Position numbers and translations under genes: made by a program | The notes under the pieces: generated by a model | Told to the model about the DNA's origin: nothing | What the model saw: only the letters and a program-made list of their open reading frames with translations | Database searches by the model: none | Shown: positions 1-13,404 of the stretch, piece by piece | How the letters are laid out: each line of letters starts with the position of its first letter | Position numbering within the stretch: position 1 is the first letter of the stretch | Assembly (NCBI GenBank): GCA_002189035.1 | Contig: NEEC01000491.1 | Location: 1 to 23,077, forward strand | Source of the DNA: Utricularia gibba | Taxonomy: Eukaryota; Plantae; Magnoliophyta | Length of the DNA: 23,077 nt | Direction: 5' to 3'

Positions 1-3000
1 AGAGCTTGTTCAGAGATCGCCTCGAAAACCCATACTTCACGTCACCAATAAAACGCACATGTTTGCAACCGAAATCACAATCGGTCGATTCTCGTTTTCC
101 GAGTCGCATCGTCGCGAACGTGGTGGCCAATTTGTGGCACATCTGAAGGCTAAGATAAGGCGATAATTCGAGCTTTGATGCATCCTCGGACGAAGAAGCT
201 TTCAACACGGAAGCTGACCGGCACGGAAAGGGGTTCGAAACGGTATGCCGGGCGCAGCATGACTCATCACGGTTTTCAGGATATGGCCGAAATACCGAAC
301 GGTGTGCGAGGCCACCATGAGGCTGCAGTAGGACACACCCAGAGCTTGTTCAGAGATCGCCTCGAAAACCATACTTCACGTCACCAATAAAACGCAGATG
401 TTTTGCAAGCCGAAAATCACAATCGGTCGATTCTCGTGTTCCGAGTCGCATCGTCGCGAACGTGGTGGCCAATTTGTGGCACATCTGAAGGCTAAGATAA
501 GGCGATAATTCGAGCTTGATGCATCTCGGACGAAGAAGCTTTCAACACGGAAGCTGACCGGCACGGAAAGGGGTTCGAAACGGTATGCCGGGCGCAGCAT
601 GACTCATCACGGTTTCAGGATATGGCCGAAATACCGAACGGTGTGCGAGGCACCATGAGGCTGCAGGTAGGGACACACCCAGAGCTTGTTCAGAGATCGC
701 CTCGAAAACCCATACTTCACGTCATCCAATAAAACGCAGATGTTTTGCAAACCGAAAATCACAATCGCGTCGATTCTCGTGTTCCGAGTCGCATCGTCGC
801 GAACGTGGTGGCCAATTTGTGGCACATCTGAAGGCTAAGATAAGGCGATAATTCGAGCTTTGATGCATCCTCGGACGAAGAAGCTTTCAACACGGAAGCT
901 GACCGGCACGGAAAGGGGTTCGAAACGGTATGCGGCGCAGCATGACTCATCACGGTTTTCAGGATATGGCCGAAATACCGAACGGTGTGCGAGGCCACCA
1001 TGAGGCTGCGGGTAGGGACACACCCAGAGCTTGTTCAGAGATCGCCTCGAAAACCCATACTTCACGTCACCAATAAAACGCAGATGTTTGGAAACCGAAA
1101 ATCACAATCGCGTCGATTCTCGTTTTCCGAGTCGCATCGTCGCGAACGTGGTGGCCAATTTGTGGCACATCTGAAGGCTAAGATAAGGCGATAATTCGAG
1201 CTCTGATGCATCCTCGGACGAAGAAGCTTTCAACACGGAAGCTGACCGGCACGGAAAGGGGTTCGAAACGGTATGCCGGGCGCAGCTGACTCATCACGGT
1301 TTTCAGGATATGGCCGAAATACGAACGGTGTGCGAGGCCACCATGAGGCTGCACGTAGGGACACACCCAGAGCTTGTTCAGAGATCGCCTCGAAAACCCA
1401 TACTTCACGTCATCCAATAAAACGCAGATGTTTTGCAAGGCGAAAATCACAATCGCGTCGATTCTCGTGTTCCGAGTCGCATCGTCGCGAACGTGGTGGC
1501 CAATTTGTGGCACATCTAAAGGCTAAGATAAGGCGATAATTCGAGCTTTGATGCATCCTCGGACGAAGAAGCTTTCAACACGGAAGCTGACCGGCACGGA
1601 AAGGGGTTCGAAACGGTATGCCGGGCGCAGCATGACTCATCACGGTTTTCAGGATATGGCCGAAATACCGAACGGTGTGCGAGGCCACCATGAGGCTGCG
1701 GTAGGAACACACCAGAGCTTGTTCAGAGATCGCCTCGAAAACCCATACTTCACGTCACCCAATAAAACGCAGATGTTTTGCAAGCGAAAATCACAATCGC
1801 GTCGATTCTCGTTTTCCGAGTCGCATCGTCGCGAACGTGGTGGCCAATTTGTGGCACATCTGAAGGCTAAGATAAGGCGATAATTCGAGCTTTGATGCAT
1901 CCTCGGACGAAGAAGCTTTCAACACGGAAGCTGACCGGCACGGAAAGGGGTTCGAAACGGTATGCCGGGCGCAGCATGACTCATCACGGTTTTCAGGATA
2001 TGGCCGAAATACCGAACGGTGTGCGAGGCCACCATGAGGCTGCGGGTAGGACACACCAGAGCTTGTTCAGAGATCGCCTCGAAAACCCATACTTCACGTC
2101 ACCAATAAAACGCAGATGTTTGCAAGCCGAAAATCACAATCGGGTCGATTCTCGTTTTCCGAGTCGCATCGTCGCGAACGTGGTGGCCAATTTGTGGCAC
2201 ATCTGAAGGCTAAGATAAGGCGATAATTCGAGCTTGATGCATCCTCGGACGAAGAAGCTTTCAACACGGAAGCTGACCGGCACGGAAAGGGGTTCGAAAC
2301 GGTATGCCGGGCGCAGCTGACTCATCACGGTTTCAGGATATGGCCGAAATACCGAACGGTGTGCGAGGCCACCATGAGGCTGCGGTAGGGACACACCCAG
2401 AGCTTGTTCAGAGATCGCCTCGAAAACCCATACTTCACGTCATCCAATAAAACGCAGATGTTTTGCAACCGAAAATCACAATCGGGTCGATTCTCGTTTC
2501 CGAGTCGCATCGTCGCGAACGTGGTGGCCAATTTGTGGCACATCTGAAGGCTAAGATAAGGCGATAATTCGAGCTTTGATGCATCCTCGGACGAAGAAGC
2601 TTTCAACACGGAAGCTGACCGGCACGGAAAGGGGTTCGAAACGGTATGCCGGGCGCAGCATGACTCATCACGGTTTTCAGGATATGGCCGAAATACCGAA
2701 CGGTGTGCGAGGCCACCATGAGGCTGCGGGTAGGGACACACCAGAGCTTGTTCAGAGATCGCCTCGAAAACCCATACTTCACATCACCCAATAAAACGCA
2801 GATGTTTGCAAACCCGAAAATCACAATCGGGTCGATTCTCGTTTTCCGAGTCGCATCGTCGCGAACGTGGTGGCCAATTTGTGGCACATCTGAAGGCTAA
2901 GATAAGGCGATAATTCGAGCTTGATGCATCCTCGGACGAAGAAGCTTTCAACACGGAAGCTGACCGGCACGGAAAGGGGTTCGAAACGGTATGCCGGGCG

Positions 3001-6000
3001 CAGCATGACTCATCACGGTTTTCAGGATATGGCCGAAATACCGAACGGTGTGCGAGGCCACCATGAGGCTGCACGTAGGGACACACCCCAGAGCTTGTTC
3101 AGAGATCGCCTCGAAAACCCATACTTCACGTCATCCAATAAAACGCAGATGTTTTGCAAGGCGAAAATCACAATCGCGTCGATTCTCGTGTTCCGAGTCG
3201 CATCGTCGCGAACGTGGTGGCAAATTTGTGGCACATCTAAAGGCTAAGATAAGGCGATAATTCGAGCTTTGATGCATCCTCGGACGAAGAAGCTTTCAAC
3301 ACGGAAGCTGACCGGCACGGAAAGGGGTTCGAAACGGTATGCCGGGCGCAGCATGACTCATCACGGTTTTCAGGATATGGCCGAAATACCGAACGGTGTG
3401 CGAGGCCACCATGAGGCTGCGGTAGGGACACACCCAGAGCTTGTTCAGAGATCGCCTCGAAAACCCATACTTCACGTCACCAAATAAAACGCAGATGTTT
3501 TGCAAGCCGAAAATCACAATCGGGTCGATTCTCGTTTCCGAGTCGCATCGTCGCGAACGTGGTGGCCAATTTGTGGCACATCTGAAGGCTAAGATAAGGC
3601 GATAATTCGAGCTTTGATGCATCCTCGGACGAAGAAGCTTTCAACACGGAAGCTGACCGGCACGGAAAGGGGTTCGAAACGGTATGCCGGGCGCAGCATG
3701 ACTCATCACGGTTTTCAGGATATGGCCGAAATACCGAACGGTGTGCGAGGCCACCATGAGGCTGCGGTAGGACACACCCAGAGCTTGTTCAGAGATCGCC
3801 TCGAAAACCCATACTTCACGTCACCAAAAACGCAGATGTTTGCAACCCGAAAATCACAATCGGTCGATTCTCGTTTTCCGAGTCGCATCGTCGCGAACGT
3901 GGTGGCCAATTTGTGGCACATCTGAAGGCTAAGATAAGGCGATAATTCGAGCTTTGATGCATCCTCGGACGAAGAAGCTTTCAACACGGAAGCTGACCGG
4001 CACGGAAAGGGGTTCGAAACGGTATGCCGGGCGCAGCATGACTCATCACGGTTTTCAGGATATGGCCGAAATACCGAACGGTGTGCGAGGCCACCATGAG
4101 GCTGCGGTAGGGACACACCCAGAGCTTGTTCAGAGATCGCCTCGAAAACCCATACTTCACGTCATCCAATAAAACGCAGATGTTTTGCAACCGAAAATCA
4201 CAATCGGGTCGATTCTCGTTTTCCGAGTCGCATCGTCGCGAACGTGGTGGCCAATTTGTGGCACATCTGAAGGCTAAGATAAGGCGATAATTCGAGCTTT
4301 GATGCATCCTCGGACGAAGAAGCTTTCAACACGGAAGCTGACCGGCACGGAAAGGGGTTCGAAACGGTATGCCGGGCGCAGCATGACTCATCACGGTTTT
4401 CAGGATATGGCCGAAATACCGAACGGTGTGCGAGGCCACCATGAGGCTGCGGGTAGGAACACAAGAGCTTGTTCAGAGATCGCCTCGAAAACCATACTTC
4501 ACGTCACCAATAAAACGCAGATGTTTTGCAAACCGAAAATCACAATCGGGTCGATTCTCGTTTTCCGAGTCGCATCGTCGCGAACGTGGTGGCCAATTTG
4601 TGGCACATCTGAAGGCTAAGATAAGGCGATAATTCGAGCTTGATGCTCTCGGACGAAGAAGCTTTCAACACGGAAGCTGACCGGCACGGAAAGGGGTTCG
4701 AAACGGTATGCCGGGCGCAGCATGACTCATCACGGTTTTCAGGATATGGCCGAAATACCGAACGGTGTGCGAGGCCACCATGAGGCTGCACGTAGGGACA
4801 CACCCAGAGCTTGTTCAGAGATCGCCTCGAAAACCCATACTTCACGTCATCCAATAAAACGCAGATGTTTTGCAAGGCGAAAATCACAATCGCGTCGATT
4901 CTCGTGTTCCGAGTCGCATCGTCGCGAACGTGGTGGCCAATTTGTGGCACATCTGAAGGCTAAGATAAGGCGATAATTCGAGCTTTGATGCATCCTCGGA
5001 CGAAGAAGCTTTCAACACGGAAGCTGACCGGCACGGAAAGGGGTTCGAAACGGTATGCCGGGCGCAGCATGACTCATCACGGTTTTCAGGATATGGCCGA
5101 AATACCGAACGGTGTGCGAGGCCACCATGAGGCTGCGGTAGGGACACACCCAGAGCTTGTTCAGAGATCGCCTCGAAAACCCATACTTCACGTCACCCAA
5201 TAAAACGCAGATGTTTTGCAAGCCGAAAATCACAATCGCGTCGATTCTCGTTTCCGAGTCGCATCGTCGCGAACGTGGTGGCCAATTTGTGGCACATCTG
5301 AAGGCTAAGATAAGGCGATAATTCGAGCTTTGATGCATCCTCGGACGAAGAAGCTTTCAACACGGAAGCTGACCGGCACGGAAAGGGGTTCGAAACGGTA
5401 TGCGGGCGCAGCATGACTCATCACGGTTTTCAGGATATGGCCGAAATACCGAACGGTGTGCGAGGCCACCATGAGGCTGCGGGTAGGGACACACCAGAGC
5501 TTGTTCAGAGATCGCCTCGAAAACCCATACTTCACGTCACCAATAAACGCAGATGTTTGCAAAGAAAATCACAATCGCGTCGATTCTCGTGTTCCGAGTC
5601 GCATCGTCGCGAACGTGGTGGCCAATTTGTGGCACATCTGAAGGCTAAGATAAGGCGATAATTCGAGCTTTGATGCATCGGACGAAGAAGCTTTCAACAC
5701 GGAAGCTGACCGGCACGGAAAGGGGTTCGAAACGGTATGCGGGCGCAGCATGACTCATCACGGTTTTCAGGATATGGCCGAAATACCGAACGGTGTGCGA
5801 GGCCACCATGAGGCTGCGGTAGGGACACACCAGAGCTTGTTCAGAGATCGCCTCGAAAACCCATACTTCACGTCATCCAATAAAACGCAGATGTTTTGCA
5901 AGCGAAAATCACAATCGCGTCGATTCTCGTTTTCCGAGTCGCATCGTCGCGAACGTGGTGGCCAATTTGTGGCACATCTGAAGGCTAAGATAAGGCGATA

Positions 6001-9000
6001 ATTCGAGCTTTGATGCATCCTCGGACGAAGAAGCTTTCAACACGGAAGCTGACCGGCACGGAAAGGGGTTCGAAACGGTATGCCGGGCGCAGCATGACTC
6101 ATCACGGTTTTCAGGATATGGCCGAAATACCGAACGGTGTGCGAGGCCACCATGAGGCTGCGGTAGGGACACACCCAGAGCTTGTTCAGAGATCGCCTCG
6201 AAAACCCATACTTCACGTCACCAATAAAACGCAGATGTTTTGCAAGCCGAAAATCACAATCGGTCGATTCTCGTTTCCGAGTCGCATCGTCGCGAACGTG
6301 GTGGCCAATTTGTGGCACATCTGAAGGCTAAGATAAGGCGATAATTCGAGCTTTGATGCATCCTCGGACGAAGAAGCTTTCAACACGGAAGCTGACCGGC
6401 ACGGAAAGGGGTTCGAAACGGTATGCCGGGCGCAGCATGACTCATCACGGTTTTCAGGATATGGCCGAAATACCGAACGGTGTGCGAGGCCACCATGAGG
6501 CTGCGGGTAGGGACACACCCAGAGCTTGTTCAGAGATCGCCTCGAAAACCCATACTTCACGTCACCAATAAAACGCAGATGTTTTGCAACCCGAAAATCA
6601 CAATCGCGTCGATTCTCGTTTTCCGAGTCGCATCGTCGCGAACGTGGTGGCCAATTTGTGGCACATCTGAAGGCTAAGATAAGGCGATAATTCGAGCTTT
6701 GATGCATCCTCGGACGAAGAAGCTTTCAACACGGAAGCTGACCGGCACGGAAAGGGGTTCGAAACGGTATGCCGGGCGCAGCTTGACTCATCACGGTTTT
6801 TCAGGATATGGCCGAAATACCGAACGGTGTGCGAGGCCACCATGAGGCTGCAGGTAGGGACACACCCAGAGCTTGTTCAGAGATCGCCTCGAAAACCCAT
6901 ACTTCACGTCATCCAATAAAACGCAGATGTTTTGCAAGGCGAAAATCACAATCGCGTCGATTCTCGTGTTCCGAGTCGCATCGTCGCGAACGTGGTGGCC
7001 AATTTGTGGCACATCTGAAGGCTAAGATAAGGCGATAATTCGAGCTTTGATGCATCCTCGGACGAAGAAGCTTTCAACACGGAAGCTGACCGGCACGGAA
7101 AGGGGTTCGAAACGGTATGCCGGCGCAGCATGACTCATCACGGTTTTCAGGATATGGCCGAAATACCGAACGGTGTGCGAGGCCACCATGAGGCTGCAGT
7201 AGGGACACACCCAGAGCTTGTTCAGAGATCGCCTCGAAAACCCATACTTCACGTCATCCAATAAAACGCAGATGTTTTGCAAGGCGAAAATCACAATCGC
7301 GTCGATTCTCGTTTCCGAGTCGCATCGTCGCGAACGTGGTGGCCAATTTGTGGCACATCTGAAGGCTAAGATAAGGCGATAATTCGAGCTTTGATGCATC
7401 CTCGGACGAAGAAGCTTTCAACACGGAAGCTGACCGGCACGGAAAGGGGTTCGAAACGGTATGGGCGCAGCATGACTCATCACGGTTTTCAGGATATGGC
7501 CGAAATACCGAACGGTGTGCGAGGCCACCATGAGGCTGCGGTAGGGACACACCCAGAGCTTGTTCAGAGATCGCCTCGAAAACCCATACTTCACGTCACC
7601 AATAAAACGCAGATGTTTTGCAAGCCGAAAATCACAATCGGGTCGATTCTCGTTTTCCGAGTCGCATCGTCGCGAACGTGGTGGCCAATTTGTGGCACAT
7701 CTGAAGGCTAAGATAAGGCGATAATTCGAGCTTTGATGCATCCTCGGACGAAGAAGCTTTCAACACGGAAGCTGACCGGCACGGAAAGGGGTTCGAAACG
7801 GTATGCCGGGCGCAGCATGACTCATCACGGTTTTCAGGATATGGCCGAAATACCGAACGGTGTGCGAGGCCACCATGAGGCTGCGGGTAGGAACACACCA
7901 GAGCTTGTTCAGAGATCGCCTCGAAAACCCATACTTCACGTCACCCAATAAAACGCAGATGTTTTGCAAGCCGAAAATCACAATCGGGTCGATTCTCGTT
8001 TTCCGAGTCGCATCGTCGCGAACGTGGTGGCCAATTTGTGGCACATCTGAAGGCTAAGATAAGGCGATAATTCGAGCTTTGATGCATCCTCGGACGAAGA
8101 AGCTTTCAACACGGAAGCTGACCGGCACGGAAAGGGGTTCGAAACGGTATGCCGGGCGCAGCATGACTCATCACGGTTTTCAGGATATGGCCGAAATACC
8201 GAACGGTGTGCGAGGCCACCATGAGGCTGCAGTAGGGACACACCCAGAGCTTGTTCAGAGATCGCCTCGAAAACCCATACTTCACGTCATCCAATAAAAC
8301 GCAGATGTTTGCAAGGCGAAAATCACAATCGGTCGATTCTCGTTTCCGAGTCGCATCGTCGCGAACGTGGTGGCCAATTTGTGGCACATCTGAAGGCTAA
8401 GATAAGGCGATAATTCGAGCTTTGATGCATCCTCGGACGAAGAAGCTTTCAACACGGAAGCTGACCGGCACGGAAAGGGGTTCGAAACGGTATGCCGGGC
8501 GCAGCATGACTCATCACGGTTTTCAGGATATGGCCGAAATACCGAACGGTGTGCGAGGCCACCATGAGGCTGCACGTAGGGACACACCCAGAGCTTGTTC
8601 AGAGATCGCCTCGAAAACCCATACTTCACGTCATCCAATAAAACGCAGATGTTTTGCAAAGGCGAAAATCACAATCGGTCGATTCTCGTTCCGAGTCGCA
8701 TCGTCGCGAACGTGGTGGCCAATTTGTGGCACATCTGAAGGCTAAGATAAGGCGATAATTCGAGCTTTGATGCATCCTCGGACGAAGAAGCTTTCAACAC
8801 GGAAGCTGACCGGCACGGAAAGGGGTTCGAAACGGTATGCCGGGCGCATGACTCATCACGGTTTTCAGGATATGGCCGAAATACCGAACGGTGTGCGAGG
8901 CCACCATGAGGCTGCGGTAGGGACACACCCAGAGCTTGTTCAGAGATCGCCTCGAAAACCCATACTTCACGTCACCCAATAAAAACGCAGATGTTTTGCA

Positions 9001-12000
9001 AGCGAAAATCACAATCGCGTCGATTCTCGTGTTCCGAGTCGCATCGTCGCGAACGTGGTGGCCAATTTGTGGCACATCTAAAGGCTAAGATAAGGCGATA
9101 ATTCGAGCTTTGATGCATCCTCGGACGAAGAAGCTTTCAACACGGAAGCTGACCGGCACGGAAAGGGGTTCGAAACGGTATGCCGGGCGCAGCATGACTC
9201 ATCACGGTTTTCAGGATATGGCCGAAATACCGAACGGTGTGCGAGGCCACCATGAGGCTGCGGGTAGGGACACACCCAGAGCTTGTTCAGAGATCGCCTC
9301 GAAAACCCATACTTCACGTCACCAATAAAACGCACATGTTTGCAAGGCGAAAATCACAATCGCGTCGATTCTCGTTTTCCGAGTCGCATCGTCGCGAACG
9401 TGGTGGCCAATTTGTGGCACATCTGAAGGCTAAGATAAGGCGATAATTCGAGCTTTGATGCATCCTCGGACGAAGAAGCTTTCAACACGGAAGCTGACCG
9501 GCACGGAAAGGGGTTCGAAACGGTATGCCGGGCGCAGCATGACTCATCACGGTTTTCAGGATATGGCCGAAATACCGAACGGTGTGCGAGGCCACCATGA
9601 GGCTGCGGTAGGGACACACCCAGAGCTTGTTCAGAGATCGCCTCGAAAACCCATACTTCACGTCATCCAATAAAACGCAGATGTTTTGCAAGGCGAAAAT
9701 CACAATCGGTCGATTCTCGTGTTCCGAGTCGCATCGTCGCGAACGTGGTGGCCAATTTGTGGCACATCTGAAGGCTAAGATAAGGCGATAATTCGAGCTT
9801 TGATGCATCCTCGGACGAAGAAGCTTTCAACACGGAAGCTGACCGGCACGGAAAGGGGTTCGAAACGGTATGCCGGGCGCAGCATGACTCATCACGGTTT
9901 TCAGGATATGGCCGAAATACCGAACGGTGTGCGAGGCCACCATGAGGCTGCAGTAGGGACACACCCAGAGCTTGTTCAGAGATCGCCTCGAAAACCCATA
10001 CTTCACGTCATCCAATAAAACGCAGATGTTTTGCAAGGCGAAAATCACAATCGCGTCGATTCTCGTGTTCCGAGTCGCATCGTCGCGAACGTGGTGGCCA
10101 ATTTGTGGCACATCTGAAGGCTAAGATAAGGCGATAATTCGAGCTTTGATGCATCCTCGGACGAAGAAGCTTTCAACACGGAAGCTGACCGGCACGGAAA
10201 GGGGTTCGAAACGGTATGCCGGGCGCAGCATGACTCATCACGGTTTTCAGGATATGGCCGAAATACCGAACGGTGTGCGAGGCCACCATGAGGCTGCGGT
10301 AGGAACACCCAGAGCTTGTTCAGAGATCGCCTCGAAAACCCATACTTCACGTCACCAATAAAACGCAGATGTTTTGCAAGCGAAAATCACAATCGCGTCG
10401 ATTCTCGTGTTCCGAGTCGCATCGTCGCGAACGTGGTGGCCAATTTGTGGCACATCTGAAGGCTAAGATAAGGCGATAATTCGAGCTTTGATGCATCCTC
10501 GGACGAAGAAGCTTTCAACACGGAAGCTGACCGGCACGGAAAGGGGTTCGAAACGGTATGCCGGGCGCAGCATGACTCATCACGGTTTTCAGGATATGGC
10601 CGAAATACCGAACGGTGTGCGAGGCCACCATGAGCTGGCGGGTAGGACACACCCAGAGCTTGTTCAGAGATCGCCTCGAAAACCCATACTTCACGTCACC
10701 AATAAAACGCAGATGTTTTGCAAGGCGAAAATCACAATCGGGTCGATTCTCGTTTTCCGAGTCGCATCGTCGCGAACGTGGTGGCCAATTTGTGGCACAT
10801 CTGAAGGCTAAGATAAGGCGATAATTCGAGCTTTGATGCATCCTCGGACGAAGAAGCTTTCAACACGGAAGCTGACCGGCACGGAAAGGGGGTTCGAAAC
10901 GGTATGCCGGGCGCAGCATGACATCACACGGTTTCAGGATATGGCCGAAATACCGAACGGTGTGCGAGGCCACCATGAGGCTGCAGTAGGGACACACCCA
11001 GAGCTTGTTCAGAGATCGCCTCGAAAACCCATACTTCACGTCATCCAATAAAACGCAGATGTTTTGCAAGGCGAAAATCACAATCGGTCGATTCTCGTGT
11101 TCCGAGTCGCATCGTCGCGAACGTGGTGGCCAATTTGTGGCACATCTGAAGGCTAAGATAAGGCGATAATTCGAGCTTTGATGCATCCTCGGACGAAAGC
11201 TTTCAACACGGAAGCTGACCGGCACGGAAAGGGGTTCGAAACGGTATGCCGGGCGCAGCTTGACTCATCACGGTTTTCAGGATATGGCCGAAATACCGAA
11301 CGGTGTGCGAGGCCACCATGAGGCTGCAGTAGGGACACACCCAGAGCTTGTTCAGAGATCGCCTCGAAAACCCATACTTCACGTCATCCAATAAAACGCA
11401 GATGTTTTGCAAGGCGAAAATCACAATCGCGTCGATTCTCGTGTTCCGAGTCGCATCGTCGCGAACGTGGTGGCCAATTTGTGGCACATCTGAAGGCTAA
11501 GATAAGGCGATAATTCGAGCTTTGATGCATCCTCGGACGAAAGCTTTCAACACGGAAGCTGACCGGCACGGAAAGGGGTTCGAAACGGTATGCCGGGCGC
11601 AGCATGACTCATCACGGTTTTCAGGATATGGCCGAAATACCGAACGGTGTGCGAGGCCACCATGAGGCTGCAGTAGGGACACACCCAGAGCTTGTTCAGA
11701 GATCGCCTCGAAAACCCATACTTCACGTCACCAATAAAACGCAGATGTTTTGCAAGGAAAAATCACAATCGGGTCGATTCTCGTTTTCCGAGTCGCATCG
11801 TCGCGAACGTGGTGGCCAATTTGTGGCACATCTGAAGGCTAAGATAAGGCGATAATTCGAGCTTTGATGCATCCTCGGACGAAGAAGCTTTCAACACGGA
11901 AGCTGACCGGCACGGAAAGGGGTTCGAAACGGTATGCCGGGCGCAGCATGACTCATCACGGTTTTCAGGATATGGCCGAAATACCGAACGGTGTGCGAGG

Positions 12001-13404
12001 CCACCATGAGGCTGCGGGTAGGACACACCCAGAGCTTGTTCAGAGATCGCCTCGAAAACCCATACTTCACGTCACCCAATAAAACGCAGATGTTTTGCAA
12101 ACCCGAAAATCACAATCGGGTCGATTCTCGTTTCCGAGTCGCATCGTCGCGAACGTGGTGGCCAATTTGTGGCACATCTGAAGGCTAAGATAAGGCGATA
12201 ATTCGAGCTTGATGCATCCTCGGACGAAGAAGCTTTCAACACGGAAGCTGACCGGCACGGAAAGGGGTTCGAAACGGTATGCCGGGCAGCATGACTCATC
12301 ACGGTTTTCAGGATATGGCCGAAATACCGAACGGTGTGCGAGGCCACCATGAGGCTGCAGTAGGGACACACCCAGAGCTTGTTCAGAGATCGCCTCGAAA
12401 ACCCATACTTCACGTCATCCAATAAAACGCAGATGTTTTGCAAGGCGAAAATCACAATCGTCGATTCTCGTGTTCCGAGTCGCATCGTCGCGAACGTGGT
12501 GGCCAATTTGTGGCACATCTAAGGCTAAGATAAGGCGATAATTCGAGCTTTGATGCATCCTCGGACGAAGAAGCTTTCAACACGGAAGCTGACCGGCACG
12601 GAAAGGGGTTCGAAACGGTATGCCGGGCGCAGCATGACTCATCACGGTTTTCAGGATATGGCCGAAATACCGAACGGTGTGCGAGGCCACCATGAGGCTG
12701 CGGTAGGGACACACCCAGAGCTTGTTCAGAGATCGCCTCGAAAACCCATACTTCACGTCACCAATAAAACGCAGATGTTTTGCAACCCGAAAATCACAAT
12801 CGCGTCGATTCTCGTTTTCCGAGTCGCATCGTCGCGAACGTGGTGGCCAATTTGTGGCACATCTGAAGGCTAAGATAAGGCGATAATTCGAGCTTTGATG
12901 CATCCTCGGACGAAGAAGCTTTCAACACGGAAGCTGACCGGCACGGAAAGGGGTTCGAAACGGTATGCCGGCGCAGCTTGACTCATCACGGTTTTCAGGA
13001 TATGGCCGAAATACCGAACGGTGTGCGAGGCCACCATGAGGCTGCGGTAGGGACACACCCAGAGCTTGTTCAGAGATCGCCTCGAAAACCCATACTTCAC
13101 GTCATCCAATAAAACGCAGATGTTTTGCAAGCCGAAAATCACAATCGGTCGATTCTCGTGTTCCGAGTCGCATCGTCGCGAACGTGGTGGCCAATTTGTG
13201 GCACATCTGAAGGCTAAGATAAGGCGATAATTCGAGCTTTGATGCATCCTCGGACGAAGAAGCTTTCAACACGGAAGCTGACCGGCACGGAAAGGGGTTC
13301 GAAACGGTATGCCGGGCGCAGCATGACTCATCACGGTTTTCAGGATATGGCCGAAATACCGAACGGTGTGCGAGGCCACCATGAGGCTGCAGTAGGGACA
13401 CACC

